Shown here piece by piece: positions 14,170-28,500 of a DNA stretch of 64,000 nucleotides (positions are counted from its first letter, which is position 1; each line of letters starts with the position of its first letter). The DNA comes from Lingula anatina (Eukaryota; Animalia; Brachiopoda). The stretch lies in NCBI GenBank assembly GCA_051362555.1, contig CM120647.1, positions 2,666,001 through 2,730,000 of the forward strand, given 5' to 3'. The translations under genes were made by a program, and so were the position numbers. Under the pieces are notes generated by a model. It searched no databases, was not told where the DNA came from, and saw nothing but the letters and a program-made list of their open reading frames with translations.

Positions 14170-17100
14170 TGCAACAGTGACAACACAAATATGTACAGTA
14201 ATGTTAATGATTACAAAGAAAAAAGAGGAGAAACAGAATAACACAGTGATCATAATTATATGGAGACACAAACAGTAACAACACAAACAAACATAGTGAT
14301 CAAAATAAATAAAAACATGTACATTGACAACAGTAACTCGCATCGTAATAATAATGAACACAAGGAAAAAGAATGAAAACATAGCCTTACACAGTAATCA
14401 TGATATATACAAACACATTTAGTAACAATATAGAATAGACACTGAAAACATAATATAAACAAACACATAGAAATGATTACAAAGAAATAGAGTGAAAAAA
14501 CTAACAAACACATTGATCACAATAAATGCAAACACGTACAGTGAGGAGAGCAACATGCACAGTAATGAAAATAATTACTATCAAACACAGTCATAATATA
14601 GACATACATAGTGATCAGAAAAAATTTGACATGTACAGTGACAATAGTAACGTGCACCATAATGATAAGAATGAACACAAGCAAAAAGATTGAAAACATA
14701 ACCGCACACAGTCAGCAAAATAATTACTAACAAACAATGACAATACAAACATACACAGTGATCAGAAAAAAATTTGACATGTACAGTGACAATAGTAACG
14801 TGCACCATAATGATAAGAATGAACACAAGCAAAAAGATTGAAAACATAACCGCACACAGTCAGCAAAATAATTACTAACAAACAATGACAATACAAACAT
14901 ACACAGTGATCAGAAAAAAATTTAACATGTACAGTGACAACAGTAACATGCACCATAATAAGAATAAACACAAGGTAAAAGATTGAAAACAAAGCCCCAC
15001 ACAGTCATCACAATTTGTACAAAAAACATTCAGTAACAATACAAAATAGGCACAGCAAACACAATTTAAACAGACACATAGATATACAGTGACAACCCCA
15101 TCATGCAGAGTAATAGTAATGATTACAAACAGAGTGACAAAACTGACATACACATTTGGTCATCAACATCAAAAGTAAAGTAACGACACCAAAGTACATG
15201 GTGATCACAATAAATAGAATTGCAACAGTGACAACACAAATATGTACAGTAATGTTAATGATTACAAAGAAAAAAAAGAGGAGAAACAGAATAACACAAT
15301 GATCATAATTATATGGAGACACAAACAGTAACAACACAAACAAACATAGTGATCAAAATAAATAAAAACATGTACATTGACAACTCGCACCGTAATGACA
15401 ACGAACACAAGGAAAAAGAGTGAAAACATAGCCCTACACAGTCATCAGAATATATACAAACACGTTCAGTAACAATATAGAATAGACACAGAAAACAGAA
15501 TATAAAACAAACACATAGAGATACATTGACAAAAACATCATTTAGTGCACAGTACATAAACAGTAATGATTACAAACAAAGAGTGACAAAACTGATGTAC
15601 ACAGTGCTCACAATAAATACAAGCACGTACAGTAACAACAAAAGAGTGAAAACATAGCCCTACACAGTCATTACAATATATACAAACACATTCAGTAACA
15701 ATACAGAATAGAAACAGCAAACAGAATACATATAACAGACATATAGACATACATTGACAACACCATCATTCAGCGCAATAGTAATGATAAAAAACAAATA
15801 GAGTGACAAAACTGACGTACACAGTGCTCACAATATATGCAAACATCAACAGTCATGACGCTAACATACTTGTTGATCACAATAAATAGAATTGTAACAA
15901 TGACAGCACAAATATGTACAGTAATGTTAATGATTACAAAGAAAAAAAGTACAAACAGACTTATACAGTGATCAGATTTATATGCAGACACAAACAGTAA
16001 CAACACAAACAAACACAGTGATCAATATAAATATAAACATGTACATTGATAACAGTAACTAGCACCATAATGACAATGAACACAAGGAAAAAGAGTGAAA
16101 ACATAGCCTTACACAGTCATCAGAATATATACAAACACATTTAGTAACAATATAAAATAGACACAGCAAACAGAATATAAACAGACACACAGATATACAG
16201 TGACAACAACATCATAGTAATGATAATAAACAAATAGAGTGACAAAACCAGCATACACAGTAATCACAATAAGTATAAACACGTACAGTGACAACAGCAA
16301 CATGCACAGTAATGAATATAATTACTAACAAACACTATCACAATGCAGACGTACACAGTGATCAGAAAAAATTTTAACATATACAGTGACAATAGTAACA
16401 TGCACCATAATAAGAATGAACACAAACAAAAAGATTGAAAACAGCCACATAGTCATCAAAATAATTACTAACAAACACAGACACAATACAGACATACACA
16501 GTGATCAGAAAAAAATTTGACATGTACAGTGACAATAGTAACGTGCACCATAATAAGAATGAACACAAGGAAAAAGATTGAAAAAATAGCCGCACACAGT
16601 CATCAAAATAATTACTAACAAACACAGTCACAATACAGATATACACAGTGATCAGAAAAAAATTTGACATGTACAGTGACAATAGTAACGTGCACCATAA
16701 TAAGAATGAACACAAGGAAAAAGATTGAAAACAAAGCCCCACACAGTCATCACAATTTGTACAAAAACATTCAGTAATAATACAAAATAGGCACAGCAAA
16801 CACAATTTAAACAGACACATAGACATACAGTGACAACCCCTCAGAGTAATAGTAATGATTATAAACAGAGTGACAAAACTGACATACACATTTACTCATC
16901 AATATCAAAAGTAAAGTAACGACACCAACGTACATGGTGATCACAATAAATAGAATTGCAACAGTGACAACACAAATATGTACAGTAATGATAATGATTA
17001 CAAAGAAAAAAAGAGTACAAACACACTTATACAGTGGTCAGATTTATATGCAGACACAAACAGTAACGACAGAAACAAACACAGTGCTCAAAATAAATAT

Positions 17101-20100
17101 AAACATGTATATTGTCGCATAGAAATGAGCACCGAAATGACAATAAACACAAGAAAAAAGAGTGAAAACATAGCCCTACACAGTCATTACAATATATACA
17201 AACACATTCAGTAACAATACAGAATAGAAACAGCAAACAGAATACATATAACAGACACATAGACATTCATTGACAACACCATCATTCAGCGCAATAGTAA
17301 TGATAACAAACAAATAGAGTGACAAAACTGACGTACACAATGCTCACAATAAATACAAGCACGTACAGTAACAACACAAACATGCACAGTCATCAAAATG
17401 AATATTAATATATACAGTGACAACAATAATGTGCAATGTAATGACAATGAACACAAGGAAAAAGAGTGAAAACATAGACCTACACAGTCATCACAATATA
17501 TACAAACATATTCAGAAACAATATAGAATAGACACAAAAAACAGAATATAAAGAAACACATAGATATACAGTGACAACACCATCATTCAGTGCAACAGTA
17601 ATGATTACAAACAAAGAGTGACAAAACTGACATACACAGTGCTCACAATATATACAAACATCAACAGTATTGACGCTAACATACATGTTGATCACAATAA
17701 ATAGAATTGCAACAATGACAGCACAAATATGTACAGTAATGTTAATAATTACGAAGAAAAATGAGGAGAAACAGAATAACACAGTGATCATAATTATATG
17801 CAGACACAAACAGTAACAACACAAACAAACACAGAAATCAAAATAAATATAAACATGTACATTGATAACAGTAACTAGCACCGAAATGATAATGAACCCA
17901 AGAAAAAAAGGATTGAAAACATAGCCCAAGACAGTCATTACAATAATTACAAACACATTCAGTAACAATACAGAATAGACACAGCAAACAGAATATAAAC
18001 AGACACACAGATATACTGTGACAACAACATCATAGTAATGATTACAAACAAACAGATTCACAAAACTAACATACACAGTGATCACAATATATACAAACAC
18101 ATACAGTGACAACACCAACATGCACAGTAATTGAAATGATTACTAAAAAAACACTGTCACAATACAGACATACACAGTGATTAGAAAAAAATTGACATGT
18201 ACAGTGATATCAGTAACTTGCACAGAAAAGAGAATGAACACAGGGAAAAAGAGTGAAAAAAAAAAAAAAATAGCCGCAGACAGTCATCCCAATATGTACA
18301 AACACATTCAGTAACAATACAGAATAGACATAGCAAACGCAATATAAGCAGACACATAGACATATAATTACTACACCAACATTCAGAGTAACAGTAATGA
18401 TTACAAACAAATAGAGTGACAAAACAGACAAACACAGTTATCAGAATACATGGAAATACATGCAGTGACAATATAGAATAGACACAGCAAACAGAATATA
18501 AACAGACACACAGATCTAGACATACACTGAAAGCACCATCATTCACCTCAATAGTAATGATAATAAATAGAACAGAATAACACAGAGTGAAAACATAGCC
18601 CTACACAGTCATCAGAATAATTACTAACAAACAGTCACAATACAGACATACACAGTGATCAGAAAAAATTTTGACATGTACAGTGACAATAGTAACATGC
18701 ACCATAATAAGAATAAACACAAGGAAAAAGATTGAAAACAAAGCCGCACACAGTCATCACAATTTGTACAAAAACATTCAGTAACAATACAAAATAGGCA
18801 CAGCAAACACAATTTAAACAGACACATAGACATACAGTGACAACCCCTCAGAGTAATAGTAATGATTACAAACAGAGTGACAAAACTGACATACACATTC
18901 CCTCATCAACATCAAAGGTAAAGTAACGACACCAACGTACATGGTGATCACAATAAATGGAATTGCAACAATGACAACACAAATATGTACAATAATGTTA
19001 ATGATTACAAAGACAAAAGAGGAGAAACAGAATAACACAGTGATCATAATTATATGGAGACACAAACAGTAACAACATAAACACAGTGCTCAAAATAAAT
19101 ATAAACATGTATATTGTCACATAGAAATGAGCACCGAAATGACAAACAAACACAGTGATCAATATAAATATAAACATGTACATTGATAACAGTAACTTCC
19201 ACCATAATGACAATGAACATAAGGAAAAAGAGTGAAAACATAGCCCAACACAGTCATTACAATAAATACAAACACATTCAGTAACAATACAGAATAGACA
19301 CAGCAAACAGAATATAAACAGACACACAGATATACAGTGACAACCCCATCATGCAGAGTAATAGTAATGATAACAAACAGAGTGACAAAACTGACATACA
19401 CATTCGCTCATCAACATCAAAAGTAAAGTAAAGACACCAACGTACATGGTGATCAAAATAAATAGAATTGCAACAGTGACAACACAAATATGTACAGTAA
19501 TGTTAATGATTATAAAGAAAAAAAGAGTACAAACACACTCATACAGTGGTCAGATTTATATGCAGACTCAAACAGTAACAACATAAACACAGTGCTCAAA
19601 ATAAATATAAACATGTATATTGTCACATAGAAATGAGCACCGAAATGACAATAAAAACAAGAAAAAAGAGTGAAAACATAGCCCTACACAGTCATTACAA
19701 TATATACAAACACATTCAGTAACAATACAGAAAAGAAACAGCAAACAGAATATTTATAACAGACATATAGACATACATTGACAACACCATCATTCAGCGC
19801 AATAGTAATGATAACAAACAAATAGAGTGACAAAACTGATGTACACAATGCTCACAATAAATACAAGCACGTACAGTAACAACACAAACATGCACAGTCA
19901 TCAAAATGAATATTAATATATACAGTGACAACAATGTGCAATGTAATGACAATGAACACCAAGAAAAAGAGTGAAAACATAGACCTACACAGTCATCACA
20001 ATATATACAAACACATTCAGAAACAATATAGAATAGACACAAAAAACAGAATATAAAGAAACACATAGACATACAGTGACAACACCATTATTCAGTGCAA

Positions 20101-22100
20101 CAGTAATGATTACAAACAAAGAGTTACAAAACTTACATACACAGTGCTCACAATATACACAAACATCAACAGTATTGACGCTAACATACATGTTGATCAC
20201 AATAAATAGAATTGCAACAATGACAGCACAAATATGTACAGTAATGTTAATAATTACAAAGAAAAAAGAGGAGAAACAGAATAACACAGTGATCATAATT
20301 ATATGCAGACACAAACAGTAACAACACAAACAAACACAGTAATCAAAATAAGTATTAACATGTACATTGACAACAGTAACTAGCACCAAAATGATAATGA
20401 ACCCAAGAAAAAAAGGATTGAAAACATAGCCCAAAACAGTCATTACAATAATTAAAGACTGTATTTTTTAAGATCATTGAGAACTTTTACTGATAGTGTG
20501 CCTATTTTAGTCAATTTTTATAGGTGTGTAATTGAAAGCATTCTAGCGTACGGAATTATAATATGGTATAGCGGAACAGCTGGGGAGGAAAGGAAGAAAT
20601 TAGCAAACGTTGTAAAAACTGCAAGCAGGATTATCGGACAAGATCTCCCCAAGCTGGATGATATTTTTAAGGACAGGATGGAGAAAAGAATTGTCAACAC
20701 CATGAAAGACGCTTTCCATCCTGCATCCTCTCTTTTTACTTTTTTACCAAGCAACAGTAGACTTTTAACTTTTAAAGGCAGTAAACGCTTTTTAAACAGC
20801 TTTTATCCAAGTGCAGTGACGCATTTTAATTTGATCTCAAAGCTAAATTCTTAATTTATTTATTTATTTATTATTTTATTATTTTACTCTGTATATTGCT
20901 CCAATGGAAAATGATTTCCGATTTTTATAATTGGCTAAATAAACTCTTATCTTATCTTATCTTATCTTATCTTAAACACATTCAGTAACAATACAGAATA
21001 GACACAGCAAACAGAATATAAACAGACACACAGATATACGGTGACAACAACATCATAGTAATGATTACAAACAAATAGAGTGACAAAACTAACATACACA
21101 GTGATCACAATATATACAAACACATACAGTGACAACACCAACATGCACAGTAATCGAAATGATTACTAAAAAACACTGTCACAATACAGACATACACAGT
21201 GATTAGAAAAAAATTGACATGTACAGTGATATCAGTAACTTGCACAGAAAAGAGAATGAACACAGGGAAAAAGAGTGAAAAAAAAAATAGCCGCAGACAG
21301 TCATCCCAATATGTACAAACACATTCAGTAACAATACAGAATAGACATAGCAAACGCAATATAAGCAGACACATAGACATATAATTACTACACCAACATT
21401 CAGAGTAACAGTAACAGTAATGATTACAAACAAATAAAGTGACAAAACAGACAAACACAGTTATCAGAATACATGGAAATACATGCAGTGACAATATAGA
21501 ATAGACACAGCAAACAGAATATAAACAGACACACAGATCTAGACATACACTGAAAGCACCATCATTCACCTCAATAGTAATGATAATAAATAGAACAGAA
21601 TAACACAGAGTGAAAACATAGCCCTACACAGTCATCAGAATAATTACTAACAAACAGTCACAATACAGACATACACAGTGATCAGAAAAAATTTTGACAT
21701 GTACAGTGACAATAATAACATGCACCATAATAAGAATAAACACAAGGAAAAAGATTGAAAACAAAGCCGCACACAGTCATCACAATTTGTACAAAAACAT
21801 TCAGTAACAATACAAAATAGGCACAGCAAACACAATTTAAACAGACACATAGACATACAGTGACAACCCCTCAGAGTAATAGTAATGATTACAAACAGAG
21901 TGACAAAACTGACATACACATTTCCTCATCAACATCAAAAGTAAAGTAACGACACCAACGTACATGGTGATCACAATAAATGGAATTGCAACAATGACAA
22001 CACAAATATGTACAATAATGTTAATGATTACAAAGACAAAAGAGGAGAAACAGAATAACACAGTGATCATAATTATATGGAGACACAAACAGTAACAACA
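14170..22100. repeat. Copy 2 of the ~7.9-kb duplication
   Basis: Same offsets as copy 1; includes the duplicated LINE fragment. Confidence 0.9.
20455..20973 (+). mobile_element. Duplicate of the same Rex1/Babar LINE fragment
   Basis: Identical 125-aa ORF (20477-20854), same 5' truncation point and same insertion site. The tail is (TTATC)5TT. Confidence 0.88.
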
Positions 22101-25039
22101 CAAACAAACATAGTGATCAAAATAAATAAAAACATGTACATTGACAACAGTAACTTGCACTATAATGACAATGAACACAAGGAAAAAGAGTAAAAACATA
22201 GCCCAACACAGTCATTTCAATAAATACAAACACATTCAGTAACAATACAGAATAGACACAGCAAACAGAATATAAACAGACACACAGATATACAGTGACA
22301 ACCCCATCATGCAGAGTAATAGTAATGATTACAAACAGAGTGACAAAACTGACATACACATTCGCTCATCAACATCAAAAGTAAAGTAAAGACACCAACG
22401 TAAATGGTGATCACAATAAATGGAATTGCAACAGTGACAACACAAATATGTACAGTAATGTTAATGATTATAAAGAAAAAAAGAGTACAAACACACTCAT
22501 ACAGTGGTCAGATTTATATGCAGACACAAACAGTAACAACATAAACAAACACAGTGCTCAAAATAAATATAAACATGTATATTGTCGCATAGAAATGAGC
22601 ACCGAAATGACAATAAACACAAGAAAAAAGAGTGAAAACATAGCCCTACACAGTCATTAAAATATATACAAACACATTCAGTAACAATACAGAAAAGAAA
22701 CAGCAAACAGAATATTTATAACAGACATATAGACATACATTGACAACACCATCATTCAGCGCAATAGTAATGATAACAAACAAATAGAGTGACAAAACTG
22801 ATGTACACAATGCTCACAATAAATACAAGCACGTACAGTAACAACACAAACATGCACAGTCATCAAAATGAATATTAATATATACAGTGACAACAATAAT
22901 GTGCAATGTAATTACAATGAACACAAGGAAAAAGAGTGAAAACATAGACCTACACAGTCATCACAATATATACAAACATATTCAGAAACAATATAGAATA
23001 GACACAAAAAACAGAATATAAAGAAACACATAGATATACAGTGACAACACCATCATTCAGTGCAACAGTAATGATTACAAACAAAGAGTGACAAAACTGA
23101 TATACACAGTTCTCACAATATATACAAACATCAACAGTATTGACGCTAACATACATGTTGATCACAATAAATAGAATTGCAACAATGATAGCACAAATAT
23201 GTACAGTAATGTTAATAATTACGAAGAAAAAAGAGAAACAGAATAACACAGTAATCAAAATAAATATAAACATGTATATTGATAACAGTAACTAGCACCG
23301 AAATGATAATGAACCCAAGAAAAAAAGGATTGAAAACATAGCCCAGACAGTCATTACAATAATTACAAACACATTCAGTAACAATACAGAATAGACACAG
23401 CAAACAGAATATAAACAGACACACAGATATACAGTGACAACAACATCATAGTAATGATTACAAACATACAGATTGACAAGACTAACATACACAGTGATCA
23501 CAATATATACAAACACATACAATGACAACACCAACATGCACAGTAATCGAAATGATTACTTCAAAACACTGTCACAATACAGACATACACAGTGATTAGA
23601 AAAAAATTGACATGTACAGTGATATCAGTAACTTGCACAGAAAAGAGAATGAACACAGGGAAAAAGAGTGAAAAAAAAAATAGCCGCAGACAGTCATCCC
23701 AATATGTACAAACACATTCAGTAACAATACAGAATAGACATAGCAAACGCAATATAAGCAGACACATAGACATATAATTACTACATTAACATTCAGAGTA
23801 ACAGTAACAGTAATGATTACAAACAAATAAAGTGACAAAACAGACAAACACAGTTATCAGAATACATGGAAATACATGCAGTGACAATATAGAATAGACA
23901 CAGCAAACAGAATATAAACAGACACACAGATCTAGACATACACTGAAAGCACCATCATTCACCTCAATAGTAATGATAATAAATAGAACAGAATAACACA
24001 GTGATCATAATTATATGGAGACACAAACAGTAACAACACAAACAAACATAGTGATCAAAATAAATATAAACATGTACATTGACAACTCGCACCGTATTGA
24101 CAATGAACACAAGGAAAAAGAGTGAAAACATAGCCCTACACAGTCATCAGAATATATACAAACACGTTCAGTAACAATATAGAATAGACACAGAAAACAG
24201 AATATAAAACAAACACATAGACATACATTGACAAAAACATCATTTACTGCACAGTACATAAACAGTAATGAATACAAACAAAGAGTGACAAAACTGATGT
24301 ACACAGTGCTCACAATAAATACAAGCACGTACAGTAACAACAAAAGAGTGAAAACATAGCCCTACACAGTCATTACAATATATACAAACACATTCAGTAA
24401 CAATACAGAATAGAAACAGCAAACAGAATACATATAACAGACATATAGACATACATTGACAACACCATCATTCAGCGCAATAGTAATGATAACAAACAAA
24501 TAGAGTGACAAAACTGACGTACACAGTGCTTACAATATATACAAACATCAACAGTAATGATGCTAACATACTTGTTGATCACAATTAATAGAATTGCAAC
24601 AATGACAGCACAAATATGTACAGTAATGTAAATGATTACAAAGAAAAAAAAAGTACAAACAGACTTATACAGTGATCAGATTTATATGCAGACACAAACA
24701 GTAACAACACAAACAAACACAGTGATCAATATAAATATAAACATGTACATTGTCAACAGTAACTTGCACCATAATGACAATGAACATAAGGAAAAAGAGT
24801 GAAAACATAGCCCAACACAGTCATTACAATAAATACAAACACATTCAGTAACAATACAGAATAGACACAGCAAACAGAATATAAACAGACACACAGATAT
24901 ACAGTGACAACAACATCATAGTAATGATAATAAACAATCAGAGTGACAAAATCAACATACACAGTAATCACAATAAGTACAAACACGTACAGTGACAACA
25001 GCAACATGCACAGTAATGAATATAATTACTAACAAACAC

Positions 25040-25590
25040 TGTCACAATACAGATGTACACAGTGATCAGAAAAAATTTTGACATGTACAGTGACAATTGT
25101 AACATGCATCATAATTAGAATGAACACAAGCAAAAAGATTGAAAACATAGCCGCACACAGTCATCAAAATAATTACTAACAAACACAGTCACAATACAGA
25201 CATACACAGTGATCAGAAAAAAATTTGACATGTACAGTGACAATAGTAACGTGCACCATAATAAGAATGATCACAAGCAAAAAAGATTGAAAACATAGCT
25301 GCACACAGTCATCAAAATAATTACTAACAAACTATAACAATACAAACATACACAGTGATCAGAAAAAAATTTAACATGTACAGTGACAATAGTAACGTGC
25401 ACCATAATAATAAGAATTAACACAAGCAAAAAGATTAAAAACATAGCCGCACACAGTCAGCAAAATAATTACTATCAAACACTGTCACAATACAGACATA
25501 CACAGTGATCAGAAAAAAATTTGACGTGTACAGTGATAATAGTAACGTGCACCATAATAAGAATGATCACAAGGAAAAAGATTGAAAACA
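25040..25590. repeat. Example run of the 147-bp trimer (3 x 49 bp). Similar runs lie at ~590-1120, 1740-2160, 3500-3900, 27820-28390, 29020-29740, 35690-36250, 38690-39540, 41970-42830, 44450-45170 and 48350-49070
   Basis: The subunits ACATACACAGTGATCAGAAAAAAATTTGACATGTACAGTGACAATAGTA, ACGTGCACCATAATAAGAATGAACACAAGCAAAAAGATTGAAAACATAG and CCGCACACAGTCATCAAAATAATTACTAACAAACACAGTCACAATACAG each count 49 nt and repeat in tandem with small indels. Confidence 0.9.
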
Positions 25591-28500
25591 AAGCCCCACA
25601 CAGTCATCACAATTTGTACAAAAACATTCAGTAACAATACAAAATAGGCACAGCAAACACAATTTAAAGAGACACATAGACATACAGTGACAACCCCATC
25701 ATGCAGAGTAATAGGATTGATTATAAAGAGAGTGACAAAACTGACATACACATTTGCTCATCAACATCAAAAGTAAAGTAACGACACCAACATAAATGGT
25801 GATCACAATAACTGGAATTGCAACAGTGACAACACAAATATGTACAGTAATGTTAATGATTACAAAGAAAAAAGAGGAGAAACAGAATAACACAGTAATC
25901 ATAATTATATGGAGACACAAACAGTAACAACACAAACAAACATAGTGATCAAAATAAATAAAAACATGTACATTGACAACAGTAACTCGCATCGTAATAA
26001 CAATGAACACAAGGAAAAAGAATGAAAACATAGCCTTACACAGTAATCATGATATAAACAAACACTTTTAGTAACAATATAGAATAGACACTGAAAACAT
26101 AATATAAACAAACACATAGAAATGATTACAAAGAAATAGAGTGAAAAAACTAACAAACACATTGATCACAATAAATACAAACACGTACAGTGACGAGAGC
26201 AACATGCACAGTAATGAAAATAATTACTATCAAACACAGTCATAATATAGACATACACAGTGATCAGAAATAATTTGACATGTACAGTGACAATAGTAAC
26301 GTGCACCATAATAATAAGAATGAACACAAGTAAAAAGATTGAAAACATAGCCGCACACAGTCATCAAAATAATTACTAACAAACACAGTCACAATACAGA
26401 CATACACAGTGATCAGAAAAAAATTTGACATTTACAGTGACAACAGTAACATGCACCATAATAAGAATAAACACAAGGAAAAAGATTGAAAACAAAGCCC
26501 CACACAGTCATCACAATTTGTACAAAAAATTCAGTAACAATACAAAATAGGCACAGCAAACACAATTTAAACAGACACATAGACATACAGTGACAACCCC
26601 ATCATGCAGAGTAATAGTAATGATTACAAACAGAGTGACAAAACTGACATACACATTCGCTCATCTACATCAAAAGTAAAGTACTGACACCAACATAAAT
26701 GGTGATCACAATAAATAGAATTGCAACAGTGACAACACAAATATGTACAGTAATGTTAATGATTACAAAGAAAAAAGAGGAAAAACAGAATAACACAGTG
26801 ATCATAATTATATGGAGACACAAACAGTAACAACACAAACAAACATAGTGATCAAAATAAATAAAAACATGTACATTGACAACTCGCACCATAATGACAA
26901 TGAACACAAGGAAAAAGGGTCAAAACATAGCCCTGCACAGTCATCAGAATATATACAAACACATTTAGTAACAATATAGAATAGACAAAGAAAACAGAAT
27001 ATAAAACAAACACAGAGATACATTGACAAAAACATCATTTAGTGCACAGTACATAAACAGTAATGATTACAAACAAAGAGTGACAAAACTGATGTACACA
27101 GTGCTCACAATAAATACAAGCACGTACAGTAACAACAAAGGAGTGAAAACATAGCCCTATACAGTCATTACAATATATACAAACACATTCAGTAACAATA
27201 CAGAATAGAAACAGCAAACAGAATACATATAACAGACACATAGACATACATTGACAACACCATCATTCAGCGCAATAGTAATGATAACAAACAAATAGAG
27301 TGACAAAACTGACGTACACAGTGCTCACAGTATATGCAAACATCAACAGTCATGACGCTAACATACTTGTTGATCACAATAAATAGAATTGCAACAATGA
27401 CAGCACAAATATGTACAGTAATGTAAATGATTACAAAGAAAAAAAGTACAAACAGACTTATACAGTGATCAGATTTATATGCAGACACAAACAGTAACAA
27501 CACAAACAAACACAGTGATCAATATAAATATAAACATGTACATTGACAACAGTAACTAGCACCGAAATGATAATGAACCCAATAAAAAAAGATTGAAAAC
27601 ATAGCCCAACACAGTCATTACAATAAATACAAACACACTCAGTAACAATACAGAATAGACACATCTAACAGAATATAAACAGACACACAGATATACGGTG
27701 CCAACAACATCATAGTAATGATAATAAACAAATAGAGTGACAAAACCAACGTACACAGTGATCACAATAAGTATAAACACTTACAGTGACAACAGCAACA
27801 TGCACAGTAATGAAAATAATTACTAACAAACACTGTCACAATACAGACATACACAGTGATCAGAAAAAAATTTGACATGTACAGTGACAATAGTAACGTT
27901 CACCATGATAATAATAAGAATGAACACAAGCAAAAAGATTGAAAACATAGCCGCACACAATCATCAAAATAATTACTAACAAACACAGTCACAATACAGA
28001 CATACACAGTGATGAGAAAAAATTTTGACATGTACAGTGACAATAGTAACGTGCACCATAGTAAGAATGAACACAAGCAAAAAGATTGAAAACATAGCCG
28101 CACACAATCGTCAAAATAATTACTAACAAACACAGTCACAATACAGATATACACAGTGATCAGAAAAAAATTTGACATGTACAGTTACAATAGTAACGTG
28201 CACCATAATAATAAGAATGAACACAAGCAAAAAGATTAAAAACATAGCCGCACACAGTCAGCAAAATAATTACTAACAAACACAGTCCCAATACAGACAT
28301 ACACAGTGATCAGAAAAAATTTTGACATGTACAGTAACAACAATAACATGCACCATAATAAGAATAAACACAAGGAAAAAGATTGAAAACAAAGCCCCAC
28401 ACAGTCATCAAAATTTGTACAAAAACATTCAGTAACAATACAAAATAGGCACAGCAAACACAATTTAAAGAGACACATAGACATACAGTGACAACCCCAT

